NCBI GenBank assembly: GCA_958296135.2
Contig: CATQHZ020000001.1
Coordinates: 1,312,001 to 1,376,000, forward strand
Reading direction: 5' to 3'
Length of the DNA: 64,000 nt
Source of the DNA: an uncultured Poribacteria bacterium
GTDB taxonomy: Bacteria; Poribacteria; WGA-4E; WGA-3G
Positions 49,226 through 57,614 of this stretch are shown piece after piece. The notes beneath the pieces were generated by a model that saw nothing but the letters and a program-made list of their open reading frames with translations, made no database searches and was not told the origin of the DNA. Position numbers and translations under genes: made by a program. Within the stretch, counting starts at the first letter, position 1, and each line of letters begins with the position of its first letter.

Positions 49226-49981
49226 TTAGATTTCTGTCAGCGCGAGGAAGATATCCTCAAGCGTTTCGCGTCTGACTTCCGCTTCATCGGTAGGCGCGCT
49301 TTTCAAACGCGCGCGCTCCTGCTGCAATTCGCTTAACGTTCCGATGGCGATAAGTTGTCCTTTGTTAATAATTCCCACTCTGTCACAGAGTCGTTCAGCG
49401 ATTTCAAGGATATGCGTTGTCAAAAAGACGGTACATCCCTGTTCACACCGTTCCTGCAAAATGTGTCGGACGGTGCGCGCGCTCCTCGGGTCGAGCCCAC
49501 TCGTCGGTTCGTCTAAAAAAAGGATGCGCGGGTGATGCACCAGCACCGCGGTCAGCAGGATTTTCTTCTGCATGCCGTAGGAGTAACTCTTAATCAGTTC
49601 ATCGGCGGTGTCGGCGAGTGCCAGCTGTGCCAGCAAGTCTTCCATCTCATCTTCGGATTGCTGCGGCGGGACTTCATACAGATCGGCGACGAGGCGCACG
49701 AACTGTCTACCCGTTAATGTTTCATAGATTTGCGGCGTATCGGGCATCAGTCCGAGGATCGCTTTCGCTTGTAGACTTTGCGATTGGATGTCGTAGCCGC
49801 CGAGGGTTGCTGTGCCGGATGTGGGTTTGAGCAGGCCTGTCAGCATGTTAATCGTCGTCGTTTTTCCTGCGCCGTTCGGCCCGAGGAACCCGAAGATTTC
49901 GCCAGCCTCTACCTGCAGTGTTAGGCTATCTACCGCGCACAACTTTCCGAAGTATTTTGTGAGATGCGTCGTCTGAATCAT
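49226..49981 (-). CDS. ABC transporter ATP-binding protein
   Basis: GPNGAGKTT, YSYGM, FLDEPTSGLD, TTH. Confidence 0.93.
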   Translation of the reverse strand: MIQTTHLTKYFGKLCAVDSLTLQVEAGEIFGFLGPNGAGKTTTINMLTGLLKPTSGTATLGGYDIQSQSLQAKAILGLMPDTPQIYETLTGRQFVRLVADLYEVPPQQSEDEMEDLLAQLALADTADELIKSYSYGMQKKILLTAVLVHHPRILFLDEPTSGLDPRSARTVRHILQERCEQGCTVFLTTHILEIAERLCDRVGIINKGQLIAIGTLSELQQERARLKSAPTDEAEVRRETLEDIFLALTEI

Positions 49982-50658
49982 TTTCCCAAAATATCGTTTT
50001 TGAGCTGCGCAAGTGCGTCGTCTACATTTTTCTTCGCCTGTTCCGGATTTGTAGGGTGAGGGCCTGTCCCTTTCCGTGCAGCGAGTTCACCAGAATCTTC
50101 GGCATTCTGAACGGAGTCTGCTTCCGTTTCCATCTCCTTCACCTGGTGTTCCGCTTGTTTAAAAGCGGCATCTTCCGGCGTTTTGTTGAATATGTTGTAG
50201 CACTCGACGCGCGTTGCCGCCTGTTTTTGGCGAGTTTGCAGGGATTCGGCGCGTTCCACGGCACGCTGGAATCGCTGATAAAATTCCTGCAGCGTGGCTT
50301 TGGCGTTCGCGACTATTGCCTTCTGCGTTTCGAGTTGCTCTTGGATGCGCGAGAGGCGCGCGCGACTTTTCTGCTGTTGCCGTAACGCCTCACGTGCGAG
50401 CGCGGTCTCCCCGTTTTTCAGGGCGGCATCAGCCTTTTCGCCCCATGCCTTCGCGGCATTGACTGTCTCCTGACACGCACGCTTCAGCCGTTGCTCTTCT
50501 GCGATTGCTGCTGCAACCAGGTCTTTCCCTGCCGCGAGCCGCTTTTTCATATCGTCAATGGCTTTCTCAACCCCGGATTTCGCCAGTTTGACCTCAGTCT
50601 CCAAGAGCGTATCAAGTTCCTCTCGGAATTGTGCTGCCATTTTCTTTAGACTTTTCAT
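49978..50658 (-). CDS. PspA/IM30 family coiled-coil protein
   Basis: WGEKADAALKNGETALAREAL; C-terminal VDDALAQLK. Confidence 0.75.
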   Translation of the reverse strand: MKSLKKMAAQFREELDTLLETEVKLAKSGVEKAIDDMKKRLAAGKDLVAAAIAEEQRLKRACQETVNAAKAWGEKADAALKNGETALAREALRQQQKSRARLSRIQEQLETQKAIVANAKATLQEFYQRFQRAVERAESLQTRQKQAATRVECYNIFNKTPEDAAFKQAEHQVKEMETEADSVQNAEDSGELAARKGTGPHPTNPEQAKKNVDDALAQLKNDILGK

Positions 50659-50937
50659 TTTGATACCTCTGTCTGTTTATCAGAGCGATTCAGTTTTCAA
50701 ATTTTTGCGTCTCTTTGTAGGGAACCCAGTTCGCCTGAGCTTGACCCGAGTGAGCGTGCCCAATCCCAATGCGCTCCGCTAGTTCGGGCGAGCCTGAACT
50801 ATAGGGGAAGCGCAATCACCAAATGGAAAACTAAATGAGCCTGGCTTATGATACCATATTGACAAAATTTATGCAAAACCGGCATCCGTTTTTGTCAGGC
50901 ATAGAGTTTCCACAGCCCAGGCCCCGGAGGCGCGGTT

Positions 50938-52623
50938 TCAAACCGCGCCTACCGGATAAATAAATCTGCTGCTATATCCTCCCTGTTTCTCCGCTAAATC
51001 GGAAGGTCTGCCCTGCACCACAGGGATGACGTAACTCCGGATACGCAAGCCGTCTATTGTTTCTGTCTCTACCCGCGGCTCTGGCGTTGAACGGTGGTCG
51101 AACACGACGTAGTATCCCTCCACGGCCCCTTCCAATTTCAGATAGGCGGCGAGTTGCTGCTTGCCTGCTTCATACAACCCCGCGCCACCCCACACTTTCA
51201 GTTCGACGATATACTTCCGTTCCTTGTGCAGGATGACCAGGTCTGTCCGCCCGCGGCCGGTTGGCACTTCGAGGTACATGTGTGCGCCCGCGATATGCAC
51301 AAAGCCGTCCAGATACGTCGCAAGCAGGTGCTGCCCGACAGATTCTCTCGGAATTTTTGGTACTTGCAAGATGCGAAACCCGACGCGGGCGATAAAATCG
51401 CGGAAGTTATCCAGCAGCGATTCCATATCCAGGTGCCCCTCCGGCGTGAGGTAATCCAGAAAACCGGCGTGCGTGTCTTCGGGGAGGTAGTCCTGCTCCA
51501 AGCCATTAAATAGTGGCTGGAACGTTTGCATGATGCGGTACCGATAAATCGGATTGACAATCTCACACATACCGTCGGTTCCGGCTGCGATAACCCCATA
51601 AGCCGCGAGGTCCAGCATGACTTCGTTGTCTAGTGTGAATCGCACGCCCTTCTCATCAGATGCGATGTCTGTGAGGAGGCTTTCAAAGCGCGGATTTTCG
51701 CGGATGTTGGCGCGCAGATGCTGGATATTGACGTTATCTTCCCGCAGGATTTTCTGGTGTGCGTCCGCAAAATGCGAGAGAGTAATCGTTTCCGTTTTCG
51801 GGATGCGCATTTCCTCGGTGAGAATCTGCGCGAGGCGGTTGACGAGGAACGGCTGCCCTGCAGTCTGCCGATGCAGCGTCTCACTCACCTCCGGCGCGAA
51901 GGGTTGCCCGACTTCATCGGTATACTGTCCAAAGAGTTCCTGCACCTGTGCTGGCGTGAAATTCCGCAAATGGAACTCGTCTTGGATGTTGAACGGCGAG
52001 ATGGTTCTGTCATAGTTGAGCTGCGTGATGCCCTTGATTCCGACGATGCCGACGCTGTAAGGGCACGGTGTCGCGAAATCCTTGGTGAGGTAAATGTCAC
52101 GAAGGGTATGCAGGAACCCTGGTAGTGCTTCGCGTGGGATGCCATCAAACTCGTCAATGATAAGCACCACCCGCTGTTCGTCCAGCAAACTCCCCAGTTC
52201 TTGGAAGAAATCGAGCAGCGTAAACTGATTGCCGTTGAGATGTCCGTTCTCTAAAAAACGGCTTAACGCTTTGGGGAGCGCGATACCGCGGATGCGGAAA
52301 ACATACTTGATCTGCTCGTAAATTCTTTTGTAAAGGTCTGGGTAAAACTCGGAGAGTGGCCAGTTTTCGTACCGCTCAAAATTGAGTTGGATCGGGAAGT
52401 AAACCGGCTCTTCTGCCGAGAGGGTCCGCATCGCTGTGCGGAAGAACGTCGTCTTGCCGGTCTGGCGTGGCGCGAAGAGGACGATGTAACGTCCCATTCT
52501 GACGCGGTTGATAAAATCGGCGAGTTCCTCGCCGCGCTGAACGACGTAGTTCCGTTCAGGCATCACCGGCCCGCGCGTTTCAAACGTTCTTGTTTGTCGT
52601 TTTTCCATAGTGTGTTGCTCCAT
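50938..52623 (-). CDS. AAA-like ATPase with C-terminal PD-(D/E)XK-like nuclease (paralog 2)
   Basis: APRQTGKTT, LIIDEFD, SPFNI, EVPTGRGRTDLVI..IVELK; colinear with 19060..20661. Confidence 0.82.
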   Translation of the reverse strand: MEQHTMEKRQTRTFETRGPVMPERNYVVQRGEELADFINRVRMGRYIVLFAPRQTGKTTFFRTAMRTLSAEEPVYFPIQLNFERYENWPLSEFYPDLYKRIYEQIKYVFRIRGIALPKALSRFLENGHLNGNQFTLLDFFQELGSLLDEQRVVLIIDEFDGIPREALPGFLHTLRDIYLTKDFATPCPYSVGIVGIKGITQLNYDRTISPFNIQDEFHLRNFTPAQVQELFGQYTDEVGQPFAPEVSETLHRQTAGQPFLVNRLAQILTEEMRIPKTETITLSHFADAHQKILREDNVNIQHLRANIRENPRFESLLTDIASDEKGVRFTLDNEVMLDLAAYGVIAAGTDGMCEIVNPIYRYRIMQTFQPLFNGLEQDYLPEDTHAGFLDYLTPEGHLDMESLLDNFRDFIARVGFRILQVPKIPRESVGQHLLATYLDGFVHIAGAHMYLEVPTGRGRTDLVILHKERKYIVELKVWGGAGLYEAGKQQLAAYLKLEGAVEGYYVVFDHRSTPEPRVETETIDGLRIRSYVIPVVQGRPSDLAEKQGGYSSRFIYPVGAV

Positions 52624-52924
52624 GTAGTTGATATTACCAATTTTATTATATCATATTGCGCTGTGTAAAGTCAAATTTCATTTGAATCAGGATGGACAAG
52701 ATTAGCGGGATTTGCAGGATGAGAGGGTTTCTTCTGACGAGATGGAAACCCTCTTGCTAGAGATACCGTCCTTAAATTCTTAACCGAAAACACGGGTAGG
52801 GAATTAACGTTCCCTGTCCGCGTTTTTTTCATTCTTTTTTTCTTGACTCTATTTCCCTTTTCGTGCTAAAATTTAAAAGTGGTATTGAAAACCCTGAAAC
52901 AACGTGCGCCCGCGGGAGTCCGTT

Positions 52925-54697
52925 ATGCGAATTCTGAACCTGAACCGAAAACTCAGAAGTGCAAGACGTTTACCTGAAATTATCAGCGTCTTCGCACGGC
53001 ACGGCTTTGGGCACATCATTTCGCAGATATTCGACCGGGGAAGGACAACTCGCTTCAGACTAAGGAGAGTGCTTGCGCGGAAAGTGAGGAAGGATAGCCC
53101 GAAGCGGAAATGGTGGCAACGCCGCAGCGCGCAAAGCAGAACGAACGAGGGCCTCCCGGGCACGCTTATCTCTGTGCCGGAACGTCTGCGGCTCGCGTTT
53201 GAAGAGTTAGGACCGACTTTCATTAAATTGGGGCAGGTGCTCAGCACGAGGGTGGACATCCTCTCCGAACTCGTTGGGCAGGAAGAGGCGTTGGAGTGGA
53301 TTACCGAGTTCCAGAAATTGCAGCGGCACGCGCAGCCCTTCGATTTTGACGAGGTCCGCGCCACAATAGAGCAGGAATTCAAGCGGCCGCTTGAGGAGGT
53401 GTTCCCAACCTTTGCGTCGCAGCCGTTTGCGGCGGCCTCTATCGCGCAGGTGCATGCTGCAACGCTTGAGGATAACGAACCGGTCGTTGTCAAAGTGCAG
53501 CGTCCGCGCGTCGCTGCGATAATTCAGACAGACCTGAATCTTTTGATGGAGTTAGCGGAACGGTTTGAAAACCACAGTCCGGAGAGTCATCTCTTCAGAC
53601 CGGTGGAGCTCGTGCGCGAATTTTCACGTTCTATCCAGAAAGAGATCGATTTTACGATGGAAGCGGCGAATACGGATGCCTTCTACCACAGATTCGCGGG
53701 TTCAGCGCAGGTGAAGATTCCCAAGGTCTATTGGGAATTCACGAACCGCCGTGTCTTGGCGGTGGAACGGATTGACGGTATTCCGATTGACGCGGTCGCG
53801 CAGTTAGATGAAAAGGGATTTGACCGGGGACAACTTGCCGAGACACTTGTTGAGCTGTTCTATTCGCAAGTCCTCAGCGATGGCTATTTTCACGCGGACC
53901 CGCACCCGGGGAACGTTTTCGTTTTGGATGATGGCCGGATCGGGCTCGTCGATTTTGGCATGGTAGGCCGGATAAGCGACGACATGCTGTGGCACATCTG
54001 CACATGGCTCGGTGCAGTCCTCTCGCGGGATGTGGATGCTGTCGTCCGCAGTTACATTCGGATGGGCATCCTCGGTGACGCGACTGACATCGCTGCCCTG
54101 AAATTGGAGATGCACGATTTTCTGGAACGCTACTTCACCATGCCGCCGGACAGACACCGCATCGGCGAGGTAATTCACGAGGTTTTCAATGCATCGCTGC
54201 GGCATCAAATTCATGTGCCGCCTGCGTTCCTGATGCTCAGCAAAACGGTGGCAACTGTGGAATCAGTGGTGATGAAACTGGATCCGGATTTCAATATTTT
54301 GGAATTCAGTCAGCCGTTCGTCGCGAAGTTCTTGGCGCAAAATTTGCGCGCAGACCGGTGGGCTCGGCAGCTCGCTGATTCAGTGGAGGATTTCACTGAA
54401 TTGGCGCGCGATATGCCGCTTCAGCTGCGTCGCATCTTGCAAAAATTACAGCGCGGTTCGCTCAAATTTGAATTGGAGCATCTCAGTCTTGAAGCAGCAC
54501 TCAAGGCGTTTGACCGGGGCATCAATCGGATCGCCTTCAGTCTTATCATCGCTTCGCTGATTATCGGTTGCTCGTTTATTTTACAAAATGCGACGCTCTG
54601 GGAATGGAAGTTTTTTTTGGGGATTATGGGTTACGCTACCGCCACGTTCTTCGGATTCGGGTTAGTCATTTCTATCTTACGTTCTGGGCGGTTTTAG
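52925..54697 (+). CDS. UbiB/AarF (ABC1) atypical kinase
   Basis: LGPTFIKLGQ, AASIAQVH, VKVQRP, FHADPHPGN, DFGMVG; C-terminal TM helices. Confidence 0.93.
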   Translation: MRILNLNRKLRSARRLPEIISVFARHGFGHIISQIFDRGRTTRFRLRRVLARKVRKDSPKRKWWQRRSAQSRTNEGLPGTLISVPERLRLAFEELGPTFIKLGQVLSTRVDILSELVGQEEALEWITEFQKLQRHAQPFDFDEVRATIEQEFKRPLEEVFPTFASQPFAAASIAQVHAATLEDNEPVVVKVQRPRVAAIIQTDLNLLMELAERFENHSPESHLFRPVELVREFSRSIQKEIDFTMEAANTDAFYHRFAGSAQVKIPKVYWEFTNRRVLAVERIDGIPIDAVAQLDEKGFDRGQLAETLVELFYSQVLSDGYFHADPHPGNVFVLDDGRIGLVDFGMVGRISDDMLWHICTWLGAVLSRDVDAVVRSYIRMGILGDATDIAALKLEMHDFLERYFTMPPDRHRIGEVIHEVFNASLRHQIHVPPAFLMLSKTVATVESVVMKLDPDFNILEFSQPFVAKFLAQNLRADRWARQLADSVEDFTELARDMPLQLRRILQKLQRGSLKFELEHLSLEAALKAFDRGINRIAFSLIIASLIIGCSFILQNATLWEWKFFLGIMGYATATFFGFGLVISILRSGRF

Positions 54698-54882
54698 GGT
54701 GTTATGCGGGGCGCATCCGGTAGGCGCGCTTTCACTTTCCACAACGTCAGGTGCCTACCAGAGGCATTTAGTTGTCCGATATCTGTCGTTTGAGCTCGGC
54801 TGAGCTCAAACTGAGGGGGTGGGTCTTTGGGTGCCTACCGCCAAATTGGATTTTTCGTAAATTCTGTTCATGAGGCACAATT

Positions 54883-55332
54883 ATGGGAGTTTTACTTGGA
54901 TTGGATGTCGGCGATGCACGGATTGGCGTAGCGCGCAGCGACGAACTGGGCATCACGGCGCATCCGTTATGCACCCTGACGCGCAAAAATCGGCGGGTAG
55001 ATCTGGTTGCTATTTCTGACCTGGTTTCTATCCACAAAGCCGAGCGCGTCATCATTGGGTTACCTATCTCGCTTGATGGGACAATCGGTACGCAGGCGCG
55101 GAGTGTTCAGAAATTCGCCGAACGCTTGGGCAACGTTATCAAGGTCCCGATTGAATTTTGGGACGAGCGGTTCACCACGGTTGAGGCGGAAGATGTCCTG
55201 CGTGAGTTAAACAAAAATTCCAAGAAGCAGAAGGATATCATCGACCAGGTTGCGGCGACGATTATTCTGGGCGAGTATCTGGAGCGTCAGCGCAAAGACG
55301 CGCCTGCTGATGCGAAATCTTGCAAGTCTTGA
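54883..55332 (+). CDS. ruvX: YqgF/RuvX nuclease
   Basis: LGLDVGDARIGVA, IGLP, WDERFTT, IDQVAA. Confidence 0.93.
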   Translation: MGVLLGLDVGDARIGVARSDELGITAHPLCTLTRKNRRVDLVAISDLVSIHKAERVIIGLPISLDGTIGTQARSVQKFAERLGNVIKVPIEFWDERFTTVEAEDVLRELNKNSKKQKDIIDQVAATIILGEYLERQRKDAPADAKSCKS

Positions 55333-55405
55333 CAATGTCAAGCCGGTCTGGGAAGGGGAGTGACTTTCCCTGACAATGTCCAATCACCGCTAGGAAATAC
55401 GAAAT

Positions 55406-56410
55406 ATGCGACATACCGTTCTCCGGTTCTGCGTTTATACACTTGGTTGCCTCGGTATCCTCTGCCTCATCGCGATGTTCATCGGTGGACTTTACTTCTC
55501 GCCTGTTGGCGGGGCATCCGGTGCTGTTGTCTTCGACGTGCAGGCGGGTAGCAGTTCACGGGCAATCGCGAAGCAGCTCGTGGCGGCGCGGTTAATTCGG
55601 AGTGAGCTCGCCTTTCGGCTTGCTCTCCGGTACCGAGGTGCTAGCAGAGAATTAAAGGCGGGCAGTTATCAGCTTCGGCGGGATATGTCCTTAATGCAGA
55701 TTCTCGATGAACTGCAAAAGGGACACGTCGCCTTGGAGAGTTGGACAGTGCCAGAGGGGCTCACCGTGGCGGCCGTCGCCGAGCTCTGGGAATCCGCGGG
55801 CTTCGGCACGGCGGAGGCATTTCTGGCTGCGCTGACGTTGCCCAGTTTCTTGGAAGACTATGGTTCCGTGGAAGGCTATCTTTTTCCGAACACCTACAAG
55901 TTCGCCAAAGGCACGCCTGCCGAGACAGTTTTTGAAATGATGCTTGAAGAATTCAACCGGCGATGGGATGAAGCGGCAGAGGATTCAGATGAGATTGAAA
56001 TTGGAGAGATCAAATTTACCCGGCATGAAATCGTGATTCTCGCTTCTATCATTGAAAAAGAGGCTGCTACTGCTTCGGAGCGGCCGCGGATTGCGAGTGT
56101 TTTCCACAACCGGCTCAAGCGTAACGGGCTGTTACAGGCGGATCCGACGGTAGTTTACGCGCTCGGTAACCCGGAACGCCTGCTCACCACGGCAGATCTC
56201 AAAGTAGATTCGCCTTACAACACCTATCGGCATAAAGGGTTGCCGCCGGGCCCGATATGTAATCCGGGCATCGCTTCAATTCGGGCGGCGTTGCATCCGG
56301 AAAAGACAGACTACCTCTATTTTATGGCGATAGGGGAGGGAAAGCATCACTTCTCAAAGACGTTCGCTGAACATAAGCGGGTGAGGCGGAAGATGAGACG
56401 CAAGCGGTAG
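55406..56410 (+). CDS. mltG: Endolytic transglycosylase MltG
   Basis: TVPEG, EGYLFPNTY, LASIIEKE, LQADPTV, SPYNTY..GLPPGPI. Confidence 0.95.
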   Translation: MRHTVLRFCVYTLGCLGILCLIAMFIGGLYFSPVGGASGAVVFDVQAGSSSRAIAKQLVAARLIRSELAFRLALRYRGASRELKAGSYQLRRDMSLMQILDELQKGHVALESWTVPEGLTVAAVAELWESAGFGTAEAFLAALTLPSFLEDYGSVEGYLFPNTYKFAKGTPAETVFEMMLEEFNRRWDEAAEDSDEIEIGEIKFTRHEIVILASIIEKEAATASERPRIASVFHNRLKRNGLLQADPTVVYALGNPERLLTTADLKVDSPYNTYRHKGLPPGPICNPGIASIRAALHPEKTDYLYFMAIGEGKHHFSKTFAEHKRVRRKMRRKR

Positions 56411-56523
56411 GGGAGTTCTCCCTGTCTTGCCGGTGTATTCGGTGTTGAGACTGGGCGGTTTCGCCGATGGTTTGTTTTCAAGAGCGGGGGTTCTCTCCTA
56501 CTGGGGAGAATGAAATCGTCCTA

Positions 56524-56552
56524 TTGACATTTGTGATGTTGCATGCTATACT
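56524..56552 (+). promoter_or_regulatory. sigma70-type promoter of the MNT-HEPN gene
   Basis: TTGACA, 17 nt spacer, TG-extended TATACT; ATG at 56570. Confidence 0.7.
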
Positions 56553-56569
56553 GCAAGGGGGCTGACTTC

Positions 56570-57346
56570 ATGATTCCTTTAAAAGAGATTCGAGCCACGT
56601 GTGATGACATCGTTCGCGAATTTTCGCCGCTCCAAGTTATCCTCTTCGGTTCGTATGCGTATGGCACTCCGACGGAAGACTCGGATGTTGATTTGCTGGT
56701 AGTGATGTCGGTTCTGAAATCGGAGACGCGCCAGCAGGAACGGGAGATTCAAAAGCGGATACCCATGCGGTTTCGTCTCGATTTGCATGTTCGTTCGCCG
56801 GACGATATTGCGTATCGCATCTCGCACAACGACTGGTTTCTGCGCGACATCTTTGAAAAGGGCGATGTGCTTTATGGTGCAGAGGCTCCCCACGAAAGCC
56901 GGTTAAGTTTCGCCCAAAAAACCTTAGTACCGATATGGAAGGAGACAGGTTTTGTGAATCCGTTGACATTGGAATTGGTGCAGAAAGCGGAGGAAGATTG
57001 GACTTCGGTAAAATGGCTCCAGCAGTCTCCTACGCCTGTCCGTGATTCGATTTGTTTCCACGCGCAGCAGTGCATTGAAAAATACCTCAAGGCGTGGCTG
57101 CAGGAGGCGAACCTCCGTCCGCCGCGGACGCACGATTTGAACGAATTGCTGGTTCTGATTGTGCCCTCGCTCCCTGCGTGGCGGGCGTGGGAAGAGGACT
57201 TCGCTGCGTTTGAGAAACATGCGGTGGATGGACGCTATCCGGGCTATTTCGCGAAAGATAAGGATGTTGTGCGTGCGGTGCGCATCTGCACGGAGGTTCG
57301 TGAAACCATTCGTGCGACGTTGGGATTGCCAATCAAGGATGCGTAA
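56570..57346 (+). CDS. Fused minimal nucleotidyltransferase (MNT) and HEPN domain protein
   Basis: LFGSYAYGTPTEDSDVDL (GSx10DxD); KAEED, FHAQQCIEKYLKAWL, PRTHDL, RYP. Confidence 0.85.
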   Translation: MIPLKEIRATCDDIVREFSPLQVILFGSYAYGTPTEDSDVDLLVVMSVLKSETRQQEREIQKRIPMRFRLDLHVRSPDDIAYRISHNDWFLRDIFEKGDVLYGAEAPHESRLSFAQKTLVPIWKETGFVNPLTLELVQKAEEDWTSVKWLQQSPTPVRDSICFHAQQCIEKYLKAWLQEANLRPPRTHDLNELLVLIVPSLPAWRAWEEDFAAFEKHAVDGRYPGYFAKDKDVVRAVRICTEVRETIRATLGLPIKDA

Positions 57347-57468
57347 TGCATCGCGAGGGATGCGGACGCTTTAGTCCGGTAGTCGCGCTTTGAAAGCGCG
57401 CCTACCTGAAATTATGGAAATTCAAAAAAGGTATTTAATATTGGCGCAAAGCGTTCGATAACGTTTCC

Positions 57469-57614
57469 CTGGGCAGGGAGCCCCGTTAACGTTTCTGCTG
57501 ACGCGGGCGGTGACTTCGCCAAGACGTGCAAGAAAAGAGAACGTCTTTTCTGCCTGATAAGGGGCGTGCTTTGCCCAGACAACGTCAAACAACCGCTAGG
57601 AAATACGAAATATG
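57469..57614 (+). promoter_or_regulatory. Structured leader of lpxC-fabZ (family D related)
   Basis: CTGGGCAG/TTGCCCAG, GCCCC/GGGGC and AGAAAAGA/TCTTTTCT stems, then accgctaggaaatacgaaatATG, identical to the mltG leader. Confidence 0.55.
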
